Numbered from the stretch's first letter, positions 1 through 13,070 are shown. The stretch: 64,000 nucleotides of DNA from Chiloscyllium plagiosum (GCF_004010195.1 NC_057720.1:7928012-7992011), one strand, 5' to 3'. A program made the numbers and translations. The notes: a model not told the origin generated them from the sequence alone.

Positions 1-577
1 GTTCATTAGCAGAGGGATTGAATTCAAGAGTCGTGAGGTGATGTTGCAGCTGTGTAGGACCTTGGTAAGGCCACATTTGGAGTACTATGTGCAGTTCTGG
101 TCACCTCACTTTAGGAAAGATGTGGAAGCTTTGGAGAGGGTGCAGAGGAGATTTACCAGGATGTTGCCTGGAATGGCAATAGGTCGTACGAGGATAGGTT
201 GAGAGTGCTAGGCCTTTTCTCATTGGAACGGCGAAGGACAAGGGGTGACTTGATAGAGGTTTATAAGATGATCAGGGGAATAGATAGAGTAGACAGTCAG
301 AGACTTTTCCCCCGGGTACAACAGAGTGTTACAAGGGGACATAAATTGAAGGTGAAGGGTGGAAGGTATATGGGGGGATGTCAGGGTAGATTCTTTACCC
401 AGAGAGTGGTAGGGGCATGGAATGCGCTGCCTGTGGGAGTGGCAGGGTCAGAATCATTGGTGACCTTTAAGCGGCAATTGGATAGGTACATGGATGGGTG
501 CTTAAGCTAGGACAAATGTTCGGCACAACATCGTGGGCCGAAGGGCCTGTTCTGTGCTGTACTGTTCTATGTTCTAT
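1..577 (+). mobile_element. CR1-clade LINE, 3' end (RT C-terminus + 3' UTR)
   Basis: ORF 199-510 LGLFSLERRR..RGDLIEVYKM..RGHKLK..FFTQRVV..WNALP is the CR1 ORF2 C-terminus. Ends in gggccgaagggcctgttctgtgctgta + (ttctatg)n tail. Confidence 0.92.
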
Positions 578-1024
578 GAAAGGCGAGAGGCTAGTTCTCC
601 TAGCTCTGCCCTCCTCTGGTTTGGTTTGGTTTTAGCACAGTTGAGTTGAAAAAAGCTGCTGAATCCAGAAGCAAACCCATGCTGATCCCCCCCTCTCTCT
701 CTGGCTTCTCTCCTGTAAGACCCTGGGTTTGATTTTACTTTTTGTGCCAAGGGGATTATGGGGATTGTTGCAAGTATCTGTAACAGCGTAATTAAGTTGG
801 GATAGTCTGTTGAGTTTTCAGATAGGTTAAGTTATTCAATATTTTATTCTCCTTCGTTTGTGTTTCATTTGGTAATCCTGTCAATAAATTCTGTTTTTTT
901 TAAAACTAAGTGGTTTGACCAGCTGCATCACTCCTGGAGTATCCACTCTACACCTGCTTAAAATAACTAGCAAGGTTAGGGTCTGGGCTACTTTCTTTAA
1001 GGGGGTCTGACCTGGCCCATAACA
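578..1024 (+). mobile_element. Probable 3' part of a solo LTR (LTR retrotransposon)
   Basis: Non-coding, AATAAA at 883-888, ends ...ggcccataaca (LTR-type CA end) directly against a CR1 fragment. 5' half not visible. Confidence 0.5.
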
Positions 1025-1317
1025 AGTAATTGACATTTCTACCATGGGAAAAAGACTCTGACTATTCATTCTATCTGTGCCTCTCTTAACTTTGTAAACT
1101 TCTATGAGATTGCCCCTCACCCTTCGGCATTCAAGTGAAAACTAACCCTAACAGTAAATTCCTAACAGTCCTCACCTAGAATATTGAACATTACAGTGCG
1201 GTACAGGCCCTTCGGCCTTGAATGTTGTACCGACCTGCGAAACCAACCTGAAGCCCAGCCAACCTATTCTATTCCATTCTCGTCCATATGCCTATCCAAT
1301 GACCATTTAAATGCTTA
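1025..1317 (-). mobile_element. Two short CR1 fragments (ORF2 end 1025-1150; 3' tail 1178-1317)
   Basis: Minus-strand MRGNLIEVYKVKRGTDRMNSQSLFP; reverse complement of the CR1 tail stem-loop (caggcccttcggcc). Confidence 0.75.
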
Positions 1318-2504
1318 AATGCTTAACCTCCTACAACAGTCCCAGGTGATTACAACCACAAGGAAATACAGTTATGACATTGATCCTTTGACATTATACA
1401 ACTCACAGACAGCACTGTCTCACAGCATTATCCTAGTCAAGTACAACGCATTGACCGTGGCTTCAAAGCAGAGTGAAATAAATAGCAATTGCAGCCCGTT
1501 TTGGCAACTGTGTTTAATTATTTGTCTTTGGGTTAGTAAGATGACCTTTAATGTACAGCAGTGCCCCAGTCTTCAAGCACAATGGAATACCAACAGTCTC
1601 TTCTGTTTCTCTTGGGAGCAATACTTTAACACTACTGTACTCAACAGCAGTCCCCATCCATCTCACTGCCTGAACAATGGTGGTTTAAGGAGGCAGGAAT
1701 ACAATGACAGCTCTACAGAAGTATAACAAATATTTATGGAAAGCATTGATCGCACTGTGTCCCAGAAATACTTTGAGTTCTCTTTTGTCAGAACAGTTAC
1801 TTCCTTCACAGGAAGTCGAGACCAGGTATGGTCTTCAGGCTAGAGGTCGTAGATAATCAAGAACAGGTGATATTGGTAATTAGGACCAGAAGATAATCAA
1901 GACCAGGGTGCACTGTTTGAATTCAGGCTCTGTTATAAATGAATACAGTTTGTAATTTCTGTGCTTTCCACATAAATAATGAGAAGTGTGTAAACTGCCA
2001 AATCGAAATGGGCCATGTTATAATTCTTCCCTCCCACCAGTGGTGGCTCCATGGCACCTCCACTGGACAGAATTGTAATTACAGCATATGTGGTGTACAC
2101 TGGTTGTTTCCATTATAATGGTGGAAACTTACATGGAATATACGCACACCTTAGTTTTCAATACATTATGGATGGATATTTAAATTATACATTCAGAACA
2201 TGAAAGCAAGATGTACACGATAGATGTAGTGAAATGATTAATAGATTAGACGTGTTTCCTGCGTAAAATGCAAAGCTCCATGTGTTAATCCAGTAAGTAG
2301 CTGAGCCATGCAGACTATCGAGGTTAGTTCCATTTTTGTTGAGTCAGCTGATCTTGCAGAAGGTTCCCATGGGGATGCTGTTATTGGGTCTCACCGTTCA
2401 TGGACTCTGTGTGAGATTTACAAATGTTTCTGCTATCCTGTGTCTGGTCTGTTCCCAATCCTATATTGCTAGGTTCTACAGGTACAGTTATTAAAAGTTT
2501 TTTA

Positions 2505-2768
2505 AAAATTCATTCATGGGATGTGGGGGGGGAGGGTGGTCACTGGCTGGATGAGCATTCATTGCCCATCTCTAATTGCCCAGAGGGCAGATAAGAGCCA
2601 ACCACATTACTGTGGGTCTGGAGTCACATGTAGGCCAGACCAGATAAGAATGGCAGCTTCCTTCCCTAAAAGACATCAGTGAACCAGATGGATTTTTCCA
2701 ACAATCAGCAATAGATCCATGCTCATCATTAGACTGTTATTTCCAGACTATTATTCAATTCAAATTTC
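2505..2768 (-). mobile_element. tRNA-derived SINE, MetaSINE/SlmI-like family
   Basis: Core gggtctggagtcacatgtaggccagacc..ttccttccctaaa..gaaccagatgg and tail attcattcatgggatgtg, shared with more than 10 other copies in the window. Confidence 0.8.
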
Positions 2769-3600
2769 GAGAGTTGGAAGCAGGAGTCGGCCATTCATAC
2801 CCTCAGGCCTGTGCCAACGTTGGGTGGCTGAAATGAACTGAGTTGTGGTGCCCAGAACTGCTCACAGAACTGCAGATGTACTTTGACCAGGACATGGCGT
2901 AGCTGAAAGTTGCCAGGTTTCATTACGCTGTCACCCTCTGAAACACTGTGCGGCTTTTTCACAACATTGAAGAAAGTCTAAAAAATAAATATTTTGTTGG
3001 AACATACAATTCAAGTGCACCAGAAGTGTACTTCAAAGTTGCTGTGTGATTGTGCACTGAAAATATCAGACGGGATTTGGAAACCAGTCTTGCTGACCAG
3101 ACAAACACTTTGAACAAAGTTAGGCTCCTGGTGGAAATATAGTTCTTCCAATGGCCCCAGTTATTAAATCTGAGTTCAGTGGGTCATTACTTTTGCAGAT
3201 AATACAGCGGACTCTGTTTGCACCTCTGCTGGTGCTCTCATTTGGAGAGCACAGCTTGATATTTGCAATGCATTTTCTGCCAAATGGAAATGGCTGCTGC
3301 AGTATATTACTGGAACACAGAGCCATGTGCAGTGTTCAGAGGAATGATGAAATATTAATAAGGAGACAGAAATTAAGTGGCTGAGAGTAAGAAGCCATTG
3401 CCAATCCCATGAGTGAATTTTGACAATCTGAGTCTGCTGGAATGCATCTATTCTTAGCCAACGAGGAACCATAGGTAATGTGACCTAAGAAATGCCTTGT
3501 CTTTAATCTGGTAGGTGAATGAAAACCTGCAATTCCTCTTTCTGACAGGCCAGTGAGACAACCTGCAAAGGGGCGGTTCATCTGTCATGGCTGGTCTGGA

Positions 3601-3800
3601 GGTAAAAACAATGACTGCAGATGCTGGAAACCAGATTCTGGATCAGTGGTGCTGGAAGAGCACAGCAGTTCAGGCAGCATCCAAGGAGCAGCGAAATCGA
3701 CGTTTTGGGCAAAAGCCCTTCATCAGGAATCGAAACGTCGATTTCACTGCTTCTTGGATGCTGCCTGAATTGCTGTGCTCTTCCAGCACCACTAATCCAG
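3601..3800. mobile_element. Fold-back non-autonomous Penelope-like element (family A) with hammerhead core
   Basis: Inverted arms, 37-nt unpaired tail 3601-3637, 13-bp TSD tggctggtctgga (3588-3600 / 3801-3813). Minus-strand core ctgatgaagggcttttgcccaaaacgtc has G12 mutated. Confidence 0.85.
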
Positions 3801-3913
3801 TGGCTGGTCTGGAATCAGGTAACGAGAATAAAAAGGAAATGATGATGGAAATCCAGCCGGCGTGAGATTGAACAAAATCAATGAATGCAAGTAAAGAGAG
3901 TGAGAGAGCGAGA

Positions 3914-4208
3914 GGGCGGCCCAGTGGCTCAGTGGTTAGCACTGCTGCCTCACAGCAGTAGGGTCCCAGGTTCGATTCCAGTCTTGGGCAACGGTCTGTG
4001 TGGAATTTGCACAATCTCACTGTGTCTGTGTGGGTTTCCTCCCACAGTCCAAAGACATGCGGGTCAGGTGAATTGGCCATGCTAAATTGCCTATAGTGTT
4101 AGGTGCATTAGTCAGAGGGAAATGGGACTGGGTGGATTACTCTTCGGAGGGTCGGTGTGGACTTGTTGGGCCGAAAGGCCTGTTTCCATGTTGTAGGAAA
4201 TCTAATCC
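3914..4208 (+). mobile_element. HE1: HE1 V-SINE
   Basis: tRNA-like A box tggctcagtgg and B box ggttcgattcc, V-domain (gtgggtttcctcccacagtccaaagac), HER1-like tail gggccgaaaggcctgtttcc. Confidence 0.9.
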
Positions 4209-4587
4209 AAAAGCCTTGCTCTCTTAAAAGTGCTTGGAATTTTGCAGCACAGAGGAAGCCTTTCAGGCCATCAACCCATTCCAGCCCATGGGAAGAAGGA
4301 TCCAATATGTTCCCAGTTCACCTTCTCTTTGCCTGTGACCAGCCCCTCCCTGGTATTTTTGTCCTGCTGCTGCGTAGACCTCTGAGGTTGTTGCGTGCCA
4401 GAAGCTTCTGGAAATGGATGCCATTCTTGGCCCACTGATTGTCATGCGCGAAGCTTCCTAAGGGCTGAACAGCCAGGAATGTAGTCTGTAACCCTGGACA
4501 TCTTTCCAACTTCCTTTCCAAAATCGTGATTGAATCTGCCTCCAGCAACAGAATGGTTTCATAGTTGCAACTTCTGCACAATTAAAC

Positions 4588-4870
4588 AGAGTCATAGAGT
4601 CATAGAAATGTGCAGCACGGAGACAGACCCTTTGGTCCAACTCATCCATGCTGACCAGATATCCTATATTAATCTGGTCCAATTTGCAGCCTTTGGCCCA
4701 TCTCCCTCTAAACCCTTCCTATTCATATACCCATCCAGATGCCTTATTAAATGCTGTCATTGTACCAGCCACCATCCCTTCCTCTGCAGTGCATTCCATA
4801 CATGCACCACCTCTGTGTGAATAAGTCGCCCCTTAGGTCCCTTTTAAATATTTCCCCTCTCACCTTAAAC
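4588..4870 (-). mobile_element. HER1: HER1 (CR1) LINE 3' end
   Basis: (agagtcat)n tail complement, cagacccttt-ggtcc stem-loop, ORF2 end on the minus strand. Confidence 0.85.
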
Positions 4871-4877
4871 CTCTCAA

Positions 4878-5160
4878 AGCACCAGAGACCCAGGTTCAAT
4901 TCCCGCCTCAGGCGACTGACTGTGTGGGGTTTGCACATTCTCCCCGTGTCTGCGTGGATTTCCTCTGGGTGCTCCGGTTTCCTCCCACAGTCCAAAAATG
5001 TGCTGGTTTGGTGAATTGGCCAGGCTAAATTGCCCGTAGTGTTAGATGAAGTGGTAAATGTAGGGGAATGGGTCTGGGTGGGTTACTGTTCGGAGGGTCA
5101 GTGTGGACTTGTTGGGCCGAAGGGCCTGTTTCCACACTGTAGGGAATCTAATCTAATCTA
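4878..5160 (+). mobile_element. HE1: HE1 V-SINE, 5'-truncated
   Basis: B box ggttcaattccc, V-domain, (aatct)n tail. Confidence 0.9.
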
Positions 5161-5749
5161 TTCGCTGCCCCAATCCCATGCTGCACTGCTAGATTGAATA
5201 CAGACTCATTTCAAATTTCAGTTTATGACTGTATAATCTTTATTTTCTGATTCAATAATTAATCGTGCAAAACAGTCAGAATCAGGAGTGTTCTGGGAAA
5301 AAAAAATGCCCGACTGAGGAAGAAACATAAATTGAGTCAGTTTCCTCGTCCAGCAATCCAACATATGCAAGCAGATTTGACTGAATTGGAAGATGACACT
5401 TTCTATATAATACCTAATAGACTAGTCACAAATATTCATTGTTAATATAAATCAAATGTTACAGCACAAAGCTCCAGCTTCCTGTGTTGTTAACCAAGGG
5501 TGATACTATTTCAAATTACCGCTGATAAATTCAGAACGTGGTGGTTGCAATGGGCTGGTGTAACTATTTGTGTGTAGCGAATGCTATCATGTCATTTGAG
5601 ATGAGAATTGCTCGAGTTCTCAGATATAACAGGATAGGATAATAAGGATCCATCCTTTTCCCCACAGATAGCCTATTATATGTTATTGGCTCAGTTATAA
5701 AATTTCTTTCGCTTGCTTGATGCTGTAAAAAAACCCATCCTATATTACT

Positions 5750-5968
5750 TGAAAATAACAATGCTGGACATCGCTGTGGGTCAGATAGTATCGATGGGAG
5801 AGACAGTAAGCTAATGTTTTGAGTCTGGATAACTCTTCTTCGGAGATGAAACGTCATTTGACTCAAAACATTAAATTGTTTTCCTTCATGGATGCTGCCT
5901 GACCCACTGTGATCTCCAACATTTGTTGCTTCCAGTACAGATTCCAGCATCTGCAGTAATTTGCTCCT
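5750..5968. mobile_element. Old fold-back Penelope-like terminus (degenerate hammerhead)
   Basis: Imperfect inverted arms (atgctggacatcgctgtgggtcag / ctgacccactgtgatctccaacat) and the PLE tail ttccagcatctgcag. Confidence 0.55.
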
Positions 5969-6384
5969 GTATCCTATTTACTTTATAGCCGAGTCAAGCA
6001 CCCACAACAGATGGTGCAAGATTTGTTGCAATTGTTACGTTGTAAAAATTACAAGCCGGTTGCCTATGTTATTGAGAGAGTGTGAACAATATCCCATGTG
6101 GGACTTCACCAAGTTCCCGTACATACACCACAAGGACAGCAATAGCTCAAGAAAACAATTTAACACCAACTTAACACTGATCAGTGTGGGATAGGCTGCC
6201 TCTAGTGACACCCACATCCTGCAAAGAATTAAATCATGCACTTTGCATCTCTTTAAAGGGGCTTGATGCAGAAATGATATTTCCCTCCTGTCCTCCACCT
6301 CTCTCGGTCTATTCTGCATTTCTGATGAGGCATGTTCCATTGTGCTTCACATGATTCCGGCTGGTCTATGGTGGGAAGCCATTG

Positions 6385-6545
6385 AATGCAGGAGCAGAAT
6401 GAGGCCATTCATCCTATCAAGTCAGCTCTGCCATTTCATCATGGCCGATATGTGTCTCAACCCCATTCTCCTGCCTTCTCCTGATAATTCTTGATCCTCT
6501 TATCAATAAAGAAGCAATCCATCTGTGCCTTAAATACAGTCAATG
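6385..6545 (-). mobile_element. CR1 3' UTR fragment
   Basis: aggagcagaatgaggccattc..ccccattctcctgccttctcc matches other CR1 3' ends in the window. Confidence 0.7.
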
Positions 6546-6835
6546 TGGTAGAGATTTGGTCCTTTCGTAATGCAGGTGACATCCTAACTGGATTTCAGAC
6601 AGATATTAGGCTGATTTGGTGATCAGGCCAGCACGTGGGTTTTGGAAACCCTGATTAATTGCTGAGCTTTTTCACGTGGAATGATTGCAGTGCATATCCC
6701 TACAGGAAACAGAGAGGGAATACAGTAACACAGATTGGGATGAGGAATGTGTGAGCTTCATCAGGCAGATACCTTGAAACATAAGGTGTCGACAAGATAC
6801 AGTCTGGTTTCAAGACTCAACCAGGCTCCACAGAT

Positions 6836-6935
6836 CCTGATGAAGGGTTCTTGCCCAAAACGGTGATTCTCCTGCTCCTCAGAAGCTGCCTGACCTGTTG
6901 TGCTTTTGCAGCATCCAACTCTCAGCTCAGACTCC
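6836..6935 (+). mobile_element. Penelope-like terminus (family A), degenerate hammerhead
   Basis: cctgatgaagggttcttgcccaaaacggtgattctcctgctcc..gctgcctgacctg. Confidence 0.75.
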
Positions 6936-7559
6936 ACAATGATCACCTCAATGAACGGGGTGCTTTTTGCTGAATAATTTAATTCAAAGCATGTGCCCTG
7001 ATCAGTGCTGAGTCAAACGTGTAACAAGCAAGTATTTTTTGGGATCTAAATTGAAAGGCACTAAGTGATTCAGTTACCAGAGCTGAAAAAAAAGTCTGTG
7101 TCAAGCAAATGAAAACAAGCACACTAATGGATTGTATATAGGAGAGACAAGCTGCTCAATAGAAGAAAATACTGGAGCTGTGCATGTTTACTGTGTGCCT
7201 TGGGAGTAGCAGTCCATTTCCTTCTGCCTGTTTTTTGAGATAAACCACTTACTGTCTCACAGATGGACCTTGAATGTCCCTTACCATTTTCATGAGTAAA
7301 AACACTTGCCAAACTAATTTTACTTTTAAAAGGCTGGGAAATCAGACAATGACCAGAGAGAGGTGGGAAAATGGAACCCCTAGCCACGTGGGATGGTTGG
7401 AACAGATAACTGCATTTTTTGGGGACTAAAGCCTACAGAATGTAGAAGAGCACAAATGGGTACAGTATTATTGTGGGACAAGATTATCAGGACAGGAGTA
7501 GGATCATTGTTTTAAAAACCTCTTCCTTGCCAGCATTTATTGTCTATGTTTGATGGGGT

Positions 7560-8485
7560 CTAATGGGGATAAGTGTGAGGCTATCCATTTTGGCTGGAAA
7601 AAATAAAAGGGCATTATTATTTAAGTGGGAAGCATACTCAAAGTGCACCAGTGCAGAGGGATCTGGGTGCTCTTGCACATGAATCGCAGGAAGTGGGTAC
7701 GCAGGTGCAGCATATAATAAGAAAGGCAAATGGAACCCTGACATTGATTGCAAAAGGACTGGATTGTAAAAGTCAAGAAGTCTTGTTACAGCTATATAAG
7801 GTGTCTTTGAAACTACACTTGGAATATTGTGTCCAGTTTTGGCCTCCTTATTTGAGGAAGGATGTGGTAACACTGGAGGCATTTCAGGGAGGGTCACCGG
7901 GTTGATTCCAGGGATGAAAGGGCTGTCGTACAAGGAGCAATTGAATAACTTGGACTTGTACTCTCTGGGGTTCAGAAGAATAAGAGGTGATCTGATTGAA
8001 GTTTATATAACAGTAAAGAGGATTGATAAGGTGGATGTTGAACACATGTGGGACAGTCTCAAACAAGAGGGCAGAGATATAGAGTGAGAGGAGGTAGGTT
8101 CAAAGCTGAGATGAAGGGAAACTACTTCTCTCAGAGGGTTGTGAAGGTGTGGAACTCACTGCCCCAGAGTGCAGTGGAGGCAGAATCAAATGAACAGATT
8201 CAAGAAAGAAATAGATATGTTTCTGATGAAAAGTGGGATAAAGGGCTATAGGGAGCAGGCAAGAAATGGAGTTAAAGAAGGGCTTATGCCCGAAACGTCG
8301 ATTCTCCTGTTCCTTGGCTGCTGCCTGACCTGCTGCGCTTTTCCAGCAACACATTTTCAGCTCTGATCTCCAGCATCTGCAGCCCTCACTTTCTCCATGA
8401 AATGGAGTTAAGACCAGCATTGATCATATGAAATGGCAGAGCCAGGTTGAAAGTCTGAATTGCCTACTCCTGCTCCTACTTCCTC
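7560..8485 (+). mobile_element. CR1 LINE, 3' ~0.8 kb, interrupted by a PLE
   Basis: Degenerate ORF2: QRDLGAL..KANG..LEYCVQFW..RGDLIEVY..YFSQRVVKVWNSLP, then 3' UTR. Confidence 0.9.
8276..8398 (+). mobile_element. Penelope-like terminus (family A) inserted in the CR1 3' UTR
   Basis: agaagggcttatgcccgaaacgtc (5' of core truncated) to tail ...cactttctcc; 13-bp TSD gaaatggagttaa (8263-8275 / 8399-8411). Confidence 0.85.
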
Positions 8486-8489
8486 CATC

Positions 8490-8730
8490 AACTGTATTGT
8501 TGTGGATCTGGAATCACATTTAAGCCAGACCAGGTAAAGCAGATTTTCTTCTCCAAAACGGCATAAGTGAACAGGTTTGGATTTTGAGACAATCACCAAC
8601 AGTTGTCATTGGTTTGGCATTTTATTGAATTCAAATCGTCACTATCAGCTGTAGTGGGATTTGAACCTACAACCCAACAAAATGATCGGTGGGTTCTGCC
8701 TGCTGACATTACCACTGCACCACTACCTCC
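8490..8730 (-). mobile_element. MetaSINE-like SINE
   Basis: Core ctggaatcacatttaagccagaccaggtaa; B-box complement gggatttgaacc. Confidence 0.7.
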
Positions 8731-9054
8731 GGCATAGCTCGGACAAAAGCACTTGGGATATTTGGCGTAATTCTGTTTGTCCCAGTCACATTTGATGATG
8801 TGAGCTTCCTCTGAAGCTATTAATGCGCTTCTGTTTCACTTTGCGTTCACATCCTTCCTGCTGTATCTTGCTCGGCTAACAGTCCCTCCACAACCAGATG
8901 GTTGCTCCTTAAGCTGGAGCCAAGGTAGTGAGGACTTAACCCAATGTTATGACGTAGAGCATTAGATACATACCTGGACGTGCTCTCACCCAGTCTCCAC
9001 CAATGTATAGCCTCAAGTAGAGGTCAATAGAAAACTGAGCCACATTTGGGTTGT

Positions 9055-9662
9055 TTTTATTCATTCATGGGATGTGGACAACAGCTGGTTAGGCAAGAAT
9101 CAAATGCCCATCCTTAATGACCCAAAGGGCTTTTAAGAGTCAACCATATTGCTGATGGTCTGGAGTCACATGTAGGCCAGACTAGGCAGGGATGGTGTAA
9201 AATTATGAGGGGCATATACAGGGTAGAAAGGAAGGAACCTTTCCCCTTGCATAAGGGGCATAGGTTTAAAGTAAGTGGCAAGTGAGAATCACTTCCTCTG
9301 TGGGTGGTGGAGGCAGAAACCATTGTAATACTGAAGAAATGTTAAGATGTGCATGTGCAATGCCAAGACACACCAAGCTTTGGGCCAAGTGCTGGAAGAT
9401 GGGATGAGAATAGTTCGGTGCTTGTTTTTGGCAAGTACATACTTGATTGGTCGAAGGGCCTGTTACTGTGCTATAGACCTCAATTACATTCCCTAAAGGA
9501 CATGAATGAACCACATTATTAGGCTGTTTTCTTGTTTCAGATTTTCGTCTTGAAGTCAAATTTTGAAATTTAGCATGGTGGGATTCAAACCATGTCCCTG
9601 GAACATAGCCTGGGGTCCTGGCTCACTCATCCAGAGACATTACAGTATATCACTGCTTCCCC
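9055..9662 (-). mobile_element. MetaSINE-like SINE split by a CR1 3' fragment (+, ~9196-9480)
   Basis: SINE tail and core 9055-9195, CR1 end with ggtcgaagggcctgttactgtgc, SINE resumes ttccctaaaggaca to the head at ~9660. Confidence 0.75.
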
Positions 9663-10209
9663 TCAAACCTCAGAAATGACCAACTGGGCCGATTTTTCCA
9701 GTAGACCTCAACACACAAGCATCAGCTTTAAATGGGGTTAGGGTCAGGCTTAGAGTTAGGGGAACAGTCAATGTTCTGGGAAACAGTGTCTGATTGTGAT
9801 ATTTTCCCTCATTGGTGAATTGGTGTCCAGGATTGGTCCAGTATTGAAATATGGATGGCAATGAGAGGAAGGGTCATTGGAAGGCATCAAAGAAGTTGCA
9901 GACAGTTTTTTCAGTGAGTGAGTGGCAGGGTTTCCCTGAGATGGAGACATCCTCTCTATGGTGCTTTAACTTTAGAATTAAAAAATGCCTTGAAACGATG
10001 AGTTTAGTTAAAGTAGGCAAGTCAGGAAACACTGATAGGTCCTCTGTGAGGCTGCATCACTGTGAGGCTGTCTCCTGGATGCTGTTCATTCCCCAGCATT
10101 GGGCCTGAAACCACCAGTTGACCTTTGAGGGCTTTTACAAAAACTTCAGTTGGCTATCAATTGTCCATTGATAGATAATCCTACAGCAATCTCTGCCTTT
10201 TACTCAACT

Positions 10210-10890
10210 CATAGAGCTGTACCGCACAGAAACAAGCCCTTCAGTGCAACTCGACCATGCCAACCAGATATTCTAAATTAATCTGGTCCCATTTGCCAGC
10301 ACTTGGCCCATATCCCTCTAAACCCTTCCTATTCATATACCATTCCAGATGCCTTTTAAATGCTGCAATTGTACAAACCTGCACTACTTTTTCTGGCAGC
10401 CTGTTCCATACACGCACCACCCTCTGTGTGAAAAAGTTGCTCCTTAGGTCACTTTTAAATCTGTTAAATCTCCTCTCACCTTAAACCTAAGCCTTTTTGT
10501 TTTGGACTTCCCTACGCTGGGAAAAGACCTTGACTATTCACCCTATCCAAGCCCTTCATGATTTCATAAACCTTTGTAAGGTCTCCTCTTAGCCTTCAAT
10601 ACTCCAGAGAAAATATCCCTAACCAATTCAGTGTCTCCCTGTGGATTGTACCCTCTAACCCTGACAACATCCTTGAAAATCCTTTCTGAACCCTTTCAAG
10701 TTTATCAACATCTTTCTGATAGGAGGGAGACCAGATTTGAATGCAGTATTCCAAAAGTGGACTAACCAATGTTCTGTACAGCCACAACATGACCTCCTAA
10801 CTTCTACACTCAATGTAGACTAATAAAGGCAAATATACCAAACACCATCTTCACTACCCTGTCTACCTGGGACTCCACTTTGAAGGAACT
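10210..10890 (-). mobile_element. HER1: HER1 (CR1) LINE 3' ~680 bp
   Basis: Minus ORF LYRTLVSPLLEYCIQIWSPSYQKDVDKLERVQK; HER1 tail. Confidence 0.9.
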
Positions 10891-11562
10891 AATCCCTATC
10901 CTGTTTCCTGAAAACAGCCTGAACGAAGTATGTCATCAGGGACTGGAAAAGAGGGTGGACAATGCAAAAGTCTGTACTAGCCTATCACCATGCTTGGCAC
11001 CATGAAGGTCTAAACATACTTCCTGTGGTATCTAACATGGGACATACTGGGCTGCTCATCTCAATTATACTTTACCTCAACAAAAGAAATTCCTGAAACC
11101 ATTCCAGTGCAATTTATATTCAAGGTTACTTTGAGAGTGTTGACCTTTTCCTCATTATTCCCAGTGAAACAAAATGATTGGAGACACAGTCAGTCTGACA
11201 ATTTCCAGGAATTACCTTGTACAGCTGGACAAATGAAACTTTTTCGAGATGAGATACTGAAAGTCAGTTTGTAAGTGGAATGCCTTTAGTAATTGAAATC
11301 TCATGGTCTGTGATGGGTTCAGAAGAAAAAGAAAGTACCAGTTATACACAACAGTGATTCAAAACACTTGACCTCAAAGTGGGAGTGTGCTGTTCAAAAT
11401 ATTTACTCTTCAAACAGCATCACTGAAGCAAATGATCTGGTCAGTATTGTGTTGCTGATCGTTGGAGGTTCCCGTGCACGAATTGGCTGTTGTATTTCCA
11501 ATATCACAAGGAACTTTAATAAGTTAATGTCAATAGGCGTCTGGGGAAAACTTCAACAGTTT

Positions 11563-11870
11563 GATTAGATTCCCTACAGTGTGGAAACGGGCCCTTCGGC
11601 CCAACCAGTCCACACCGACCCTCTGAAGAGCAACCCAACCAGACCCATTTCCCTCTGACTAATGCACCTAACACTATGGGGCAATTTAGCGTGGCCAAAT
11701 CACCTGACCTGCACATCTTTGGACTGTGGGAGGAAACCGGAGCACCCGGAGGAAACCCACGCAGACACGGGGAGAATGTGCAAACTCCACACAGGCAGTC
11801 GCCCAAGGCTGGAATCGAACCTGGGACCCTGGTGCTGTGAGGCAGCAGTGCTAACCACTAAGCCACCATG
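11563..11870 (-). mobile_element. HE1: HE1 V-SINE, full length
   Basis: A/B boxes, V-domain and tail all present on the minus strand. Confidence 0.92.
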
Positions 11871-11919
11871 TTGGAATCAAAATTAGCACAAAGTGAGGAA
11901 GTTATGGTTATGGGAGGCA

Positions 11920-12060
11920 GGCTTTCTCAGTCCAAGACATCTCTGCAGGAGCTCCTCAGGGCACTGTCCTAAGCCCTGGTTCCTTCAATGACCTCACCCT
12001 CCAACAGAAGGTCAAAAGCTGGGACTTTCACTGAACATCACACTACATTCAGTAATGTTG
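11920..12060 (+). mobile_element. RT fragment of the second CR1-group LINE
   Basis: gcaggagctcctcagggcactgtcctaagccc (G.PQG.VL.P motif), homologous to 62400-62520. Confidence 0.6.
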
Positions 12061-12069
12061 CATTTCCCC

Positions 12070-12590
12070 TGATCTCTGTTGGTTACTTGCTAATGAGCAT
12101 GATTGTCCTCCTAGGAAATTTTGTGTTACTGGCCATTGGTTCTGTGGGTCCTTGTGTGGCTGAGGAGCCTGATCCTCCAGTCACATCTCCCCATCACACA
12201 TGTGGCAGGTGTCTCTGAGAGGTGGAATTGGTCTTTGGTCTGGAGATCGCTGGCATTCCTTTCTCTGGGTCCTTTTCCATACTTGCTCTTGCTGAAGGGT
12301 GTTCTTGAAGAATTGCATCACTTCACACAGGAGCTATTTCCAGGTCTGAATGAGGGTCTCCCAGACATTGTCATTGATAATGTATTTCTTGAGGGAAACC
12401 TTTAGCGAGTCTATGAAATGCTTCCTTTGTCCGGTTCTCCTTCGAGTGCCTTCCTTGACCTGGCTGAAGAAGATTTGCTTTGGCAGTCCAAACATGGTAT
12501 CCTAAGCACGTGGCTGATAGCCATTCAAGAGCAATGGTCGTCGGGTGACATAGATTGGGATCTGAATATTGAAGATTATGTGACACCTGG
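12070..12590 (-). mobile_element. RTE-clade LINE 3' end
   Basis: Minus-strand frames give LEWL..HVLR, LPKQIFFSQVKEGTRRRTGQRKHFIDSLKVSLK and a C-terminal CHMC...SH..TH motif typical of RTE/BovB-like ORFs. Confidence 0.75.
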
Positions 12591-12639
12591 AAAGGACAGC
12601 AAACCGAGGAAAAGTGGAAGGGTAGTCTATCTCAAAACA

Positions 12640-13070
12640 GAGACAGAGTTTTAATAATTCAGGGAATCAAGGGGTATGGGGAAAAGGCAGGAACCTGAAA
12701 TTGGTGATTATCAAAACAACCATGATCTCATTGATCGGCAGAGTAGCCTCAAGGGGTTGAATTCTGCTCCCATGTGTTATGTAACATTCATCCCTAGTAA
12801 AGGAAAATCAGGGTCATCCATTTAAAACAGAGCTGAGATGAGATTTTTTCTTTCTAAGAGAGTCATGATTTTTCGCAAATATCTTCTGGGAAAGCTGATA
12901 GAAGGAGAGTCCTTCAATATTTCCAGTTCAGGGTTGTATATCTTTCTTAAGGAAAAATACTAAAGGTTATTGAATAGGTATGAATGTGGATTTGAGGTTA
13001 GAATCAACTGAGCTGTAGTAGTTTTGAATGATGCAGCAGACTTGAGGGTCCAATGGCTCTCCACTGTTCA
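12640..13070 (+). mobile_element. Two old CR1 3' UTR fragments
   Basis: agggaatcaaggggtatggggaaaaggcagg..ccatgatctcattga; ccatttaaaacagagctgag..ttgaatgatgcagcagacttgaggg. Confidence 0.65.

Noticed and set aside
1319..1726. 135-aa ORF and other short ORFs in unique DNA (e.g. 3151-3384, 40299-40511, 56360-56647)
   Set aside because: No recognisable domain or convincing exon structure; lengths expected by chance.
1851..1902. 12-bp direct repeat agataatcaaga
   Set aside because: Only two copies; likely a small local duplication.
3601..3800. Fold-back elements as classical DNA-transposon MITEs or pre-miRNA genes
   Set aside because: Asymmetric ends, variable 10-15 bp TSDs, and the same termini attached to GIY-YIG ORF fragments indicate a Penelope origin.
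3914..3985. tRNA-like A/B boxes here and in other SINE heads
   Set aside because: They continue into the SINE body; not tRNA genes.
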